IMG/VR virus record: IMGVR_UViG_3300042145_000066
DNA from: an uncultured virus (IMG/VR IMGVR_UViG_3300042145_000066)
Taxonomy: Duplodnaviria > Heunggongvirae > Uroviricota > Caudoviricetes
Reading direction: 5' to 3' (one strand)
DNA: 64,000 nucleotides
The notes beneath the pieces were generated by a model. That model worked only from the letters and a program-made list of their open reading frames with translations, did not search any database and was not told where the DNA came from. Both the position numbers and the translations under genes were made by a program. Shown piece after piece: positions 1 through 8,873 of the stretch (within the stretch, counting starts at the first letter, position 1; the number at the start of each line of letters is the position of its first letter).

Positions 1-30
1 GCCCGGCGACCGCTCCGGGCTGGAGACCTG

Positions 31-234
31 ATGAGTGGCCGCGAGATCCAAGCCGACCTCGGCCCCTGCACCGTCACCCGCCGTCAGCGCCGTGCCGCAG
101 CCGTCCACGTCGCCGACCGGATCGCCGCCGAACACCCGCAACAAACGGTGGCCGAACTCGCGGCCAACCCACTCGTCGCCGCCGGACTCCGCGAACTCCT
201 CAACGCACTCGACCTGAACAAGGAGCAGCCGTGA
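31..234 (+). CDS. Hypothetical phage protein
   Basis: GGAG RBS, GC3-rich codons, stop overlaps next start (GTGA). Confidence 0.65.
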   Translation: MSGREIQADLGPCTVTRRQRRAAAVHVADRIAAEHPQQTVAELAANPLVAAGLRELLNALDLNKEQP

Positions 235-674
235 CCAGCATCCTTCCCCGCCTCCGCGGAACCGGCACCCGCCGCGCCGACGACCGCATCGCCGAACTCC
301 GCGACGACGTAGCCCGCCTCCTCAACTTCAAAGCAGCGTCGGACGACTACTTCGCGATCCTCATGCACGACCGCAACGAGGTCTATGCGGCCTGGCAGTT
401 CGCCGAACACGGCAAGCAGGCAGCCGAGGCGATCGTCATCGACCAGCAGGCACAGATCCGCGACCTCAAGCGGCAGCTGGGCGAGGCCAAGCGCCGCCTG
501 GAGGTCGGTGTTCTCGCCGAGGCGGCAGCCGCGCAGACGCAGGAGCTCGACGTGCGCGCCCTGCAGGAGAAGTTCGCCGACGGGCCGGTCGTCGCCCTCA
601 ACCAGACACCCATGGCCCGGCGTAGCCCCGGCCACGTGCCCGGCTGGGTCAAGGACGAACCCGCCACCACCTGA
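231..674 (+). CDS. Hypothetical coiled-coil phage protein
   Basis: AAGGAG RBS, coupled start, helical composition. Confidence 0.75.
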   Translation: MTSILPRLRGTGTRRADDRIAELRDDVARLLNFKAASDDYFAILMHDRNEVYAAWQFAEHGKQAAEAIVIDQQAQIRDLKRQLGEAKRRLEVGVLAEAAAAQTQELDVRALQEKFADGPVVALNQTPMARRSPGHVPGWVKDEPATT

Positions 675-781
675 CCCGCCGCCGCGCCGGATGTGTAGCG
701 GCCGGCGAGGCGGCGCCCAGCAAGAACCCCGCCCGATGACAGCGAGCGGGGGTCCACCACCAGCATCCCACGGAGAGATTC

Positions 782-1585
782 ATGCCGCAGATCAGCTTCC
801 CGCTCGACAAGGCGCACCAGGCGCTCGACGAGTTCCTCACCGGCAAGGACGCCGTCGACAGCCACGGCAACCGCTACAGCCGCCACATCTACGACGCGAA
901 GGACAACGGCGTCGCCGTCATCCTCAGCGACACCGAGTACCGCACCCTCCTCAACGGCTACCACGCCTGGCAGGACTCCCAAGAGCCGAAGGAGGCCGAG
1001 GACCTGCCGCCCGGCTACCGGCCCTACATTCACTCCCCGAACGCCACCACCGACCGCCTCCTGCCGCACGAGCCTCTCCACCAGCCGCTCGCCCACGCCA
1101 TGTTCCGCAAGCCCTTCGAGGAACTCGACGACACCGAGCAGACCAACGTCACCTACGTGGCCATCACGTGCCTGCTCCGCACCACCCTGGACGCGGACAC
1201 GCAGGGCGCGGTCCCGATCCTGATGTTCAGCCACAACGGCGACGACCCGGAGCCGCGCCAGTTCTGGCAGCTCGCCTACAAGACCGACGTCGACGGCCTG
1301 TTCCTCCGCGCGACCGACAACGGATTCTTCGGCGAGGAGTGGGCGATCGTCACCGGCTCCGGCTGGCGCCTCGCGAAGGGCTGGTGGTCCCGCGACGACG
1401 CGGCGCGGGCGGCAGCGGCCATCGCCCGAGTGCTGCCCTACATCGACTGGATGTCCGCCGCCCCGGACCAGTTCACGGAGAAGTCGCGCAAGGCCCTCGT
1501 GGGGACGGTGCGGCGCTACCACTTCGCGGGCCTGTGTGAGGACCAGCCCGAGCCCGAGCCGCTCACGGCCGAGACGGCCAGCTGA
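782..1585 (+). CDS. Hypothetical phage protein
   Basis: GGAGAG RBS, globular composition, strong codon bias. Confidence 0.8.
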   Translation: MPQISFPLDKAHQALDEFLTGKDAVDSHGNRYSRHIYDAKDNGVAVILSDTEYRTLLNGYHAWQDSQEPKEAEDLPPGYRPYIHSPNATTDRLLPHEPLHQPLAHAMFRKPFEELDDTEQTNVTYVAITCLLRTTLDADTQGAVPILMFSHNGDDPEPRQFWQLAYKTDVDGLFLRATDNGFFGEEWAIVTGSGWRLAKGWWSRDDAARAAAAIARVLPYIDWMSAAPDQFTEKSRKALVGTVRRYHFAGLCEDQPEPEPLTAETAS

Positions 1586-1751
1586 CCCACAGCCACATAG
1601 CCGGCGGCGCGTCGAGCCCCCCTCTCCGCGCCGCCACCCCAGAGCGGCCAGCCCCGCACCCACCCCCCCCCCGGTCGGGGCTGGCCGCTCCCACCCAGCA
1701 CACCCATTTCGCGCAGAACACGCACCTCAGAAGCGAACAGGAGCACCAGAA

Positions 1752-2795
1752 ATGAGCACCGAACTCGTCAAGGCCGAACCCCAGCAGCGTCCGGGGGGCG
1801 CACTCTCCCTCGCCCACATGAGCCCCCAGGAAGCCTGGCGCTTCTCCGAGGCCCTGGCCGGCGCCTCCCTCCTCCCGCAGGAGTACCGCAACAACGCCAG
1901 CTCCGTCCTGTGGGCCATGGAGTACGGCCGCGCCCTCGGCCTGGACGTCGTCACCACCATCACCACCATCCACGTCATCAAGGGCAAGCCCACCCAGTCC
2001 GCCGACCTGATGCTGTCCCGCACCCGCGAAGCCGGACACAAAGTCCGCATCCGGCAGGAGCCGGGCAGTTGCACCGTCAGCATCTGGCGCTCGGACGACC
2101 CGGACTTCGAGAACGTCATCACCTGGACCTACGACGACGCCGTCACCGCAGGGCTGTGCGAGATCAAGAACAACCGGCCCTACTCCCGCAGCCAGAAGGG
2201 CGAAAAGCAGAACTGGGAGAAGTACCCGCGGGCCATGCTGCGGGCCCGCGCCATCTCCGAATGCGTGCGGTCCGCCTGCCCCGAGGTGCTGCACGGCGCC
2301 ATCTACACCGCGGAAGAGCTCGGCGCCCGCGTCGACGACGCCGGCATCCCGCTCGAGGCCGAGGTGCAGCAGCTGCGCCGCGTCGAGCCGGGCCAGGCCG
2401 ACCAGTGGACGACCCCCGCCCCGCAGATCGCCGCCCAGGGCCGCGACTACCTGAACGAGGCCAACGAGGCCGCCGACATGGAGGCCGTCAAGAAGATCTA
2501 CGACGAGGCCAAGGACGACGGGGCCGTAGCCGACTACTTGGCGCAGATCGCCAAGGTCGGCGTCGCCAAGGAGCAGGCGGCCACCAAGGCGGACGACAGC
2601 GTCGTGGACGTCGAAACCGTCGACGAGCCGGTGGACGACCACGCCGCCGCGGTCGCCGAGCTCCGCGCCGCCGCGGTCGCGGCCCGCCTCGAGGACTTCG
2701 ACAGCGGCGCCCGAATGGCCCTCGGCATGCCCATCGACCAGGCCACCCCTGCCGCGATCCGCACCCTCGCCGCGCAAATCCGCCCCGCCGCCTAG
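1752..2795 (+). CDS. RecT/Redbeta-like ssDNA annealing recombinase
   Basis: AGGAG RBS; LLPQEYR..ALGLD..IHVIKGKP..WEKYPRAMLRARAISECVRSACPEVLHG.IYTAEEL pattern. Confidence 0.8.
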   Translation: MSTELVKAEPQQRPGGALSLAHMSPQEAWRFSEALAGASLLPQEYRNNASSVLWAMEYGRALGLDVVTTITTIHVIKGKPTQSADLMLSRTREAGHKVRIRQEPGSCTVSIWRSDDPDFENVITWTYDDAVTAGLCEIKNNRPYSRSQKGEKQNWEKYPRAMLRARAISECVRSACPEVLHGAIYTAEELGARVDDAGIPLEAEVQQLRRVEPGQADQWTTPAPQIAAQGRDYLNEANEAADMEAVKKIYDEAKDDGAVADYLAQIAKVGVAKEQAATKADDSVVDVETVDEPVDDHAAAVAELRAAAVAARLEDFDSGARMALGMPIDQATPAAIRTLAAQIRPAA

Positions 2796-2860
2796 TGACA
2801 CAGCCGGAAGCCGCCCGCGCTCGAATCGCGGGCGGCCCCCAACCCCAGACAGGAAACCAC

Positions 2861-3541
2861 ATGAACCTCAAGGACATCGCGGCCCGCACCGCAGTCCTCA
2901 CCGCCCTCGCCGACGTCATCAACGAAGAACTGAAGACCTCCAAGCGGGAACTCCAGGAAGGCCTCAAGACCGCCAAGGCAGAGACCGGCGCCCAGCAGAT
3001 CGGCATGGAACTCCCCGACGGCCAGGACATCGGCAAGGTGTCCCTTGTCCAGCCCAAGGCCGCCGCCACCATCACCAACCCCGAACTGTTCCTCGCCTGG
3101 GCACGTGAAGTCCGCCCCACCGAGGTCGCCACCCGCCTCGTCACCGAAGTGCGCCCTGCCTGGCAAGCACTCATCCTCAAGCAGATCACCGCCGCCGGAA
3201 CCACCGAATGGGCCGACCCGGACAACGGCGTCATCCACACCGTGCCCGGCGTCGAGCTCCAGGGCCGCGCCGCCTACACGCGGATGACCGTGCCAGACGA
3301 GGGCAAGGCCGCGATCGCCCAGGCGTGGCGCGACCGACGACTTCCCTCACACGTGCTCCCCGCCCTCACGGCCGGCTCGCCAGAGGGCAGCGAGAAGTCG
3401 AGCGAAACCGCAGAGCTTCAGGCCCGGATCGCCGAGCTCGAGAAGCGCACGGCTTGGCTCGACGCACTGGAGGCCGCAGGAGTCGACAACTGGTCCGGCA
3501 TGGAGTACGCGGTCGAGCTGCACAGCGGGGGTGCCGAATGA
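2861..3541 (+). CDS. Conserved actinophage early protein following the recombinase
   Basis: AGGAAA RBS, MNLKDIAARTAVL start, coupled to next gene. Confidence 0.75.
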   Translation: MNLKDIAARTAVLTALADVINEELKTSKRELQEGLKTAKAETGAQQIGMELPDGQDIGKVSLVQPKAAATITNPELFLAWAREVRPTEVATRLVTEVRPAWQALILKQITAAGTTEWADPDNGVIHTVPGVELQGRAAYTRMTVPDEGKAAIAQAWRDRRLPSHVLPALTAGSPEGSEKSSETAELQARIAELEKRTAWLDALEAAGVDNWSGMEYAVELHSGGAE

Positions 3542-4518
3542 GCTGGCACACCGAACCCCTGCTCGGCTTCGACCTCGAGACGACCGGCATCAACGTCGAG
3601 ACCGCGCGCATCGTCACCGCCGCGGCCATCGACTGGAAGCCCGGCGACAGCCTCGACACACTGCCCGATCGCTCCCGCCTGTGGCTCGCCAACCCCGGCA
3701 TCCCGATCCCCGCCGAGGCCACCAAGGTCCACGGCGTCACCAACGAGCAGGCCCGCGCCAACGGCCGGCCCGCCTCCCAGGTCACCGACGAGATCGCCGA
3801 CGTCTTGGCCGCGGCCTTGTCGACCGGCATCCCCGTCGTCGCTATGAACGGCCGCTACGACTTCACCGTCCTCGACCGCGAACTCCGCCGCTACAACCTG
3901 GCCCCCCTGCAGCAGAGGCTCGGCGGCGACACCACGCCCGGCCCGGTCATCGACCCGTACATCCTCGACAAGCAGGCGGACAAGTACCGGCGGGGCTCCC
4001 GCAAGCTCGAGGCCCTCGCCGTCCACTACGGCGTCACCCTGGCCGCCGCCCACCGCGCGGACGCCGACGCGCTCGCCGCCGTCGAGGTGGCCGTCGCCAT
4101 CGGCGAGAAGTTCCCGCAACTCCAAGTCCACCCCGAGCAACTGCACGTCTGGCAGATCCGGTGGGCTGCAGAACAGGCAGCCGGCTTCCAGCAGCACCTG
4201 CGGAAGACCGACCCCTATGCGGTGATCGACGGCGATTGGCCACTGATCCCGCTCACCCCGGAACGGAAGCTGCGCACTGTTGTCGACGAGCTCGCCGAGC
4301 GGTGGGAGCAGATGGCGGGCCCTGCACCGGATCCGAGCGAGGGCCTGTTCGTCGACGAGGTCACGCCCGCGGAGTCGGCGCGGATCGAACGCGCCCACAC
4401 CTACCGCACCGCAGCCTCCGACCTGCGCGACGTACTGCGCACCGGCCGAATCCCGCACCCGCTCATGACCGACGCCGAGCTCGAGCAGCACGGCACACCC
4501 GAGGAAACCGTCTCATGA
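3538..4518 (+). CDS. DnaQ-like DEDDh 3'-5' exonuclease
   Basis: ExoI GFDLETTG, VHGVT, MNGRYDFTVL, AHRADADA motifs. Confidence 0.92.
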   Translation: MSWHTEPLLGFDLETTGINVETARIVTAAAIDWKPGDSLDTLPDRSRLWLANPGIPIPAEATKVHGVTNEQARANGRPASQVTDEIADVLAAALSTGIPVVAMNGRYDFTVLDRELRRYNLAPLQQRLGGDTTPGPVIDPYILDKQADKYRRGSRKLEALAVHYGVTLAAAHRADADALAAVEVAVAIGEKFPQLQVHPEQLHVWQIRWAAEQAAGFQQHLRKTDPYAVIDGDWPLIPLTPERKLRTVVDELAERWEQMAGPAPDPSEGLFVDEVTPAESARIERAHTYRTAASDLRDVLRTGRIPHPLMTDAELEQHGTPEETVS

Positions 4519-4844
4519 CCGCGACAGTGCAGCCCGCCCTCGACGGCAGCGTCCCCAAGTCCCGCACCCAGCAGCGCATCGACGACTACGAGACGTGGGT
4601 CGAGGCCGTCCGCCCCACGTTCGTCGAGATAGCCCGCACCGGACAGCCGTTCCTGTTCTGGAAGGTCGCCCGCGACCACGAACTCCCCGACCCCCCGGAC
4701 CGCGACCACGACTGGGGACGCTTCGCCGCCAGCCTCCACAAAGACGGCGTGACCCGCTGCGACGGCTTCGGCCTCACCCGCGACAAGTCCAGCGTCCGAA
4801 GGTGGCGCGGCACCGTCGCCGCCACGCAGGGGAGGGTCGCGTGA
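4515..4844 (+). CDS. Hypothetical phage protein
   Basis: ATGA coupling, codon bias. Confidence 0.7.
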   Translation: MTATVQPALDGSVPKSRTQQRIDDYETWVEAVRPTFVEIARTGQPFLFWKVARDHELPDPPDRDHDWGRFAASLHKDGVTRCDGFGLTRDKSSVRRWRGTVAATQGRVA

Positions 4845-4972
4845 TGGACCGCTTCAACGACCTGAACCTCTGGTGGCTGTGGCTGGCCGCGGTCGCTGCT
4901 GGAGCCGTCGCAGGCGGCCTCACCGCCGCCGTCAACTGCCTCCTCGACTGGGCCCGCGGGAGGCGGACGTGA
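4844..4972 (+). CDS. Small membrane protein
   Basis: GGAGGG RBS, hydrophobic LWWLWLAAVAAG segment. Confidence 0.55.
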   Translation: MDRFNDLNLWWLWLAAVAAGAVAGGLTAAVNCLLDWARGRRT

Positions 4973-5283
4973 ACCCCGACGTGTACGGCGCCTGGCTCAC
5001 CGCCGGCAACAACCTCCAGCCCATCGGTGACTGGATCGCCGCCCACTGGCTCGGCCTCGCCATGCTCACCGGCGGCCTCACCCTCGTCGCCTGGTCCGTC
5101 CGGAGCTTCATCCGCGCCAGCCACGACGACCAACGCACCCGCAACGACCGCGCCATGGCCCAACGCATCACCCGCACCCAGGACCGGCCCGAACCCGGAC
5201 AGCCCGGCCAGGACCAGCAGCTGCTCCAGCAGTGCCACCAGATCCTCGCCACCACCGACACCACCCGGAAGGAGAAGCCGTGA
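4969..5283 (+). CDS. Small membrane protein
   Basis: GGAGG RBS, one TM segment, coupled. Confidence 0.65.
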   Translation: MNPDVYGAWLTAGNNLQPIGDWIAAHWLGLAMLTGGLTLVAWSVRSFIRASHDDQRTRNDRAMAQRITRTQDRPEPGQPGQDQQLLQQCHQILATTDTTRKEKP

Positions 5284-6098
5284 GCCGCCGCCCCATCCCG
5301 CCGCACGGAAGCGAAGCCCGCTATCAGGGCTGCAAGACCCGGCCGCCATGCCGTTGCCGCACCTGCATCGACGGATGGACCCGCGCCGGCCAACTGCGGC
5401 TCCTCGGCAACCTCTCCGGCCGACCCGCCAAAGTCCCCGCCGAACCCATCACCGCCCACCTTCGCCACCTCGCCGCAGCCGGCATGACCCCCCAGCAGAT
5501 CGCCACCCTCTCCGGCGTCAACGTCACCACCGTCCGCGACCACACCGCCGGCGACTTCCTCACCCTTCGTCGCACAACCGCCGAGAAGCTCCTCGCCGTT
5601 CGTCCCAGCCAGCAGCCCACAGACGGATGGGTGTCCTCGCTCGGCGCCATCCGCCGCTGCCGCGCCCTCTACACCCTCGGCCACGGCGCCAAAGCCATCG
5701 CCGCCGCCCACCCCGACCTGCAACTCCGAACCGTCGAATACATCATCCGCGGCAAACGCCAGCACCTCACCGTCGCCGTCCACAACACGATCTGCGAGGC
5801 CTACCGAAAGCTCTGCCGCGTGGCAGGCACCAGCTCCCAAGCCAAGCTGCGCGCTGCCACGGAGGGCTGGCACGGGCCCCTCGCCTGGGACGACATCGAC
5901 AACCCCACGGCGAAGCCGGAGACCGGCCGCAAGACCCGCGCCAAGGCCGGTATCCGCAAGGTGCACGCCGACCGCGCCCGCGTCGCCGAACTCACCGCCG
6001 CGGGCCGCAGCGCACAGCAGATCGCCGACGAACTCGGCTGCCACAAACGCACCGTCGTCCGCGCCCGCCGCAAGACCGACATGGGGGTCGCCGCATGA
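5280..6098 (+). CDS. Multi-HTH DNA-binding protein with N-terminal Cys cluster
   Basis: HG..RY..C..CRC..C start; HTH-like TPQQIATLSGV and SAQQIADELGCHKRTVVR. Confidence 0.75.
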   Translation: MSRRPIPPHGSEARYQGCKTRPPCRCRTCIDGWTRAGQLRLLGNLSGRPAKVPAEPITAHLRHLAAAGMTPQQIATLSGVNVTTVRDHTAGDFLTLRRTTAEKLLAVRPSQQPTDGWVSSLGAIRRCRALYTLGHGAKAIAAAHPDLQLRTVEYIIRGKRQHLTVAVHNTICEAYRKLCRVAGTSSQAKLRAATEGWHGPLAWDDIDNPTAKPETGRKTRAKAGIRKVHADRARVAELTAAGRSAQQIADELGCHKRTVVRARRKTDMGVAA

Positions 6099-6343
6099 GC
6101 CACTACGCCTGGATGGACCAGGCCCGCTGCGCGGAAACCGACCCCGATCTGTGGATCCGCGACGCCAAAGGCGGCGACAGCGTCACCCCGAAACGCATCT
6201 GCGCGGACTGCCCGGTCCGGCGGCAATGCGAGGCCCACGCCGAAACCCTTCACCGCTTCGACGGGCTCGCCATGCGCGGCATCTGGGGCGGACTCAGCCA
6301 CCGGCAACGCGCCCAACCACACCAGATCGGAGAAGCCGCGTGA
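6095..6343 (+). CDS. WhiB-family transcription factor
   Basis: C..DPDLW...ICADCPVRRQC...GIWGG. Confidence 0.9.
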   Translation: MSHYAWMDQARCAETDPDLWIRDAKGGDSVTPKRICADCPVRRQCEAHAETLHRFDGLAMRGIWGGLSHRQRAQPHQIGEAA

Positions 6344-7524
6344 GCTTCGCACTCTCCTGGGCGCCAAAGCAGCCCGGCATCATCCTCGACCTGTTCGCCG
6401 GCCCCGGCGGCTGGTCAGAGGGCCTCCGCATGATCGGCCTCGCCGATGTCGGCCTGGAGTGGGACGAGGCGGCCTGCAAGACCCGGGCCGCCGCCGGGCA
6501 CACCAGCGTTCGCGTCGACGTGTCTTGCTTCGTCCTCGGCCCGCTGCTCGGCAGGGTGTGGGGCGCCATCTTCTCCCCGCCGTGCACCAAGTTCTCGGCA
6601 GCAGGCAAGCAGTTCGGGCTGAAGGTCATGGGGCTGCTCGCCGAAGGCATCCAGCGCATGTTCCGCGGCGACGACTGCCGTCAGGAACTCCGCGACCAGA
6701 TCTACCCGGCCGCACTCGCCGAGCAGGAGACAGCCAACGCCAAGCGCCGCAAGCCGTGGACGCGCGACAAGGTTGAGGCCGCGGCCCGCGACGACGCGTT
6801 CGTCACCGTCCTCGTCCTTGAGCCAGCCCGGTACCTGCACGCCCTGATCGCGGCCGACGTCAAGGGTGCGATACCGCTGGAGTGGGCGGCGTTCGAGCAG
6901 GTGCCCGGCGTGCTTCCGCTGTGGAAGGTGTACGCCGAAGAACTCCGTCGCCTCGGCTGGAGTGTTTGGACCGGCACCCTCAACGCCGCCAACTACGGGG
7001 TGCCGCAGACCCGTGAGCGCGCCGTGCTCATCGCATCCAGCGTCCGCCGCGTCACCGCACCCGACGCCACCCACGACAAGAACCCGGCCCACGACCTGTT
7101 CGGCGACTGCCTCAAGCCCTGGGTGTCGATGGCCGACGCCATCGGCTGGGGCATGACCCACCGCCCCGCCTTGACGGTGGCGGTCGGCACCGCGGCCGGC
7201 GGCCCGGACCCGTCATGCGTCGGCGGATCCGGCGCCCGCGCCACCCTCTACGGCGAACGCGACGCCGGACGGTGGATCGCATGCCGCCGCATCGTCGACG
7301 CCGCCGACTTGCCCGCGTACCGCGGGGGTCGGCGGGACACCATCCGCGTCACCCCGGAAGACGCCGCACTCCTGCAGACCTTCCCCGGCGGCCACCCATT
7401 CCAGGGGAGCCAGACCAAACGCTACGAGCAGATCGGCAACGCCGTCCCGTGCCTGCTCGCCGAACACGTCATCGCGACCGCGTTCGGCATCCCCATGAGC
7501 CAGACAACCGCAGCCGCCGCCTAG
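6340..7524 (+). CDS. DNA cytosine-5 methyltransferase
   Basis: DLFAGPGG (I), SPPC (IV), FEQV (VI), PQTRER (VIII), QIGNAV (X). Confidence 0.92.
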   Translation: MSFALSWAPKQPGIILDLFAGPGGWSEGLRMIGLADVGLEWDEAACKTRAAAGHTSVRVDVSCFVLGPLLGRVWGAIFSPPCTKFSAAGKQFGLKVMGLLAEGIQRMFRGDDCRQELRDQIYPAALAEQETANAKRRKPWTRDKVEAAARDDAFVTVLVLEPARYLHALIAADVKGAIPLEWAAFEQVPGVLPLWKVYAEELRRLGWSVWTGTLNAANYGVPQTRERAVLIASSVRRVTAPDATHDKNPAHDLFGDCLKPWVSMADAIGWGMTHRPALTVAVGTAAGGPDPSCVGGSGARATLYGERDAGRWIACRRIVDAADLPAYRGGRRDTIRVTPEDAALLQTFPGGHPFQGSQTKRYEQIGNAVPCLLAEHVIATAFGIPMSQTTAAAA

Positions 7525-7554
7525 CCGACCGCGCGCCACACCCGCACATGACAA

Positions 7555-7575
7555 CGGCCCCGCAGTGCGGGGCCG
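7555..7575. terminator. Hairpin between convergent MTase and Phd genes
   Basis: cggccccgc-agt-gcggggccg. Confidence 0.55.
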
Positions 7576-7601
7576 GAGAGGACCGAGGAGGAGAGATGAG
7601 G

Positions 7602-7886
7602 TCAGGTCGAGTCGAGAGCCCGGCGCTTGGCCAGGGCGAGGGCTTCGCCGAGGATGCGCGCCTTGTGCTTCGCATCCGGCGTATCGCCGGTCTCGAGCTC
7701 CTCCACGTACTCGCGGAGCTCCCGGAGCGTGGCGTAGTCCTCGTAGCTGACGATCACGGCCGCTTCCTTGCGGCGGTTAATGAGGATCGTCGGTTCGCCG
7801 GCGAACCGGGCGCGCGCGATCACCTCGCCGAGGACATTGCGGGCCTCAGCGATTTGGTTCCGGTGCACGGTCGGCTTGTCACTCAC
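7602..7886 (-). CDS. Phd/YefM-family antitoxin-like protein (orphan)
   Basis: IAEARNVLGEVIARARFAGEPTILINRRKEAAVIVSYEDY; GTG start 6 nt after TACGCT (leaderless). Confidence 0.85.
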   Translation of the reverse strand: MSDKPTVHRNQIAEARNVLGEVIARARFAGEPTILINRRKEAAVIVSYEDYATLRELREYVEELETGDTPDAKHKARILGEALALAKRRALDST

Positions 7887-7980
7887 AGGCACAGCGTAAC
7901 TGCTGATGGCCAAGACGGTCACGGTAGCTCCCTTAGCTGTTTCGTTCGTAGCGTTCTTAGCTATGATAGCTACGTCAATG
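7887..7980. promoter_or_regulatory. Divergent promoter region with palindromic operator
   Basis: AT-rich; + strand TATGAT (7962-7967) inside TAGCTA-TGA-TAGCTA; - strand GTGACC-18-TACGCT. Confidence 0.55.
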
Positions 7981-8060
7981 GCGCTCCTGCCATGCCGCCC
8001 TGAGGGGCCTGGTTCCGCACGCCCAGAAACCCCAACCAGAACTCTCCGAAGGACCCACAC

Positions 8061-8873
8061 ATGGCCGTCTCAAAGCGCCTCCGCTACGAGATCCTCCGCA
8101 GGGACAACCACGCCTGCCGCTACTGCGGCGCCACGGCGCCCAACGCCAAGCTCGCCGTCGATCACGTCATCCCGCAGTCCCTCGGCGGCAGCGACAAGCC
8201 CGAAAACCTCGTCGCCTCATGCGCCGACTGCAACGCCGGCAAGACCAGCAGCATGCCGAACGCGCAGCCGGTCGCCGACGTTGATCAGGAGACCTTCCGG
8301 CGAGCATCCGAGCTCAAGCAGGCCGAGCTCACGGACCACCTCTGGCGGGGCGGCTACCCGCCCGAGTGGGGGCGTGAGGAAATCGAGCGGCACGCGGCAG
8401 AACTCGCCTGGAACTACGCGTGGGCTGTCGCCAGTAGCGGAGGGAGCCCCAACCAGGATCAGTACGCAGAGTTCCTTGTTCACTGCGCGGCCCTGTTCGA
8501 GGTTGGCCACTCAGCCGCGGAGGTCGTCTGCGCCGCTGCCCAGGCCGGAGCGCAGCTCACCCCTCATCTGTCGTGGGGTCTCGGCGTTACGGACTTGCAG
8601 CACGCCCCCATCTCCGGTGAGCAGTTCAGCCGCATCGACGGCGTGTTCGACAGGTGGCTGCACGTGTGGCGTGAGCAGCAGGCCGCAGAGCCCACTCCCG
8701 AGCAGGTCAATGAATGTCGAGGGCGCCTGATCCTCTGCGCCCGAGACGAGTACAGCCGCGACGAGCTGATGCAGGCCGCACGCTCGGCGGCTTTCGCCGG
8801 CAACCCGGACATCGAGTACTTCGCCTACCACATCGCACGCGAGGCCGAATGCGAGAAGGCGGGTGACCGCTGA
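8061..8873 (+). CDS. HNH endonuclease domain protein
   Basis: LRYEILRRDNHACRYCG..VDHVIP..GG.D...NLVASCADCNAGK. Confidence 0.9.
   Translation: MAVSKRLRYEILRRDNHACRYCGATAPNAKLAVDHVIPQSLGGSDKPENLVASCADCNAGKTSSMPNAQPVADVDQETFRRASELKQAELTDHLWRGGYPPEWGREEIERHAAELAWNYAWAVASSGGSPNQDQYAEFLVHCAALFEVGHSAAEVVCAAAQAGAQLTPHLSWGLGVTDLQHAPISGEQFSRIDGVFDRWLHVWREQQAAEPTPEQVNECRGRLILCARDEYSRDELMQAARSAAFAGNPDIEYFAYHIAREAECEKAGDR

Noticed and set aside
676..2840. GC-rich intergenic hairpins (676-716, 1600-1637, 2809-2840) as a repeated ncRNA family
   Set aside because: No convincing shared sequence; consistent with ordinary terminators or processing stems
6340..8873. Restriction-modification pair (MTase plus HNH)
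   Set aside because: Separated by a convergent gene and terminator; the HNH is coupled to the replication initiator instead
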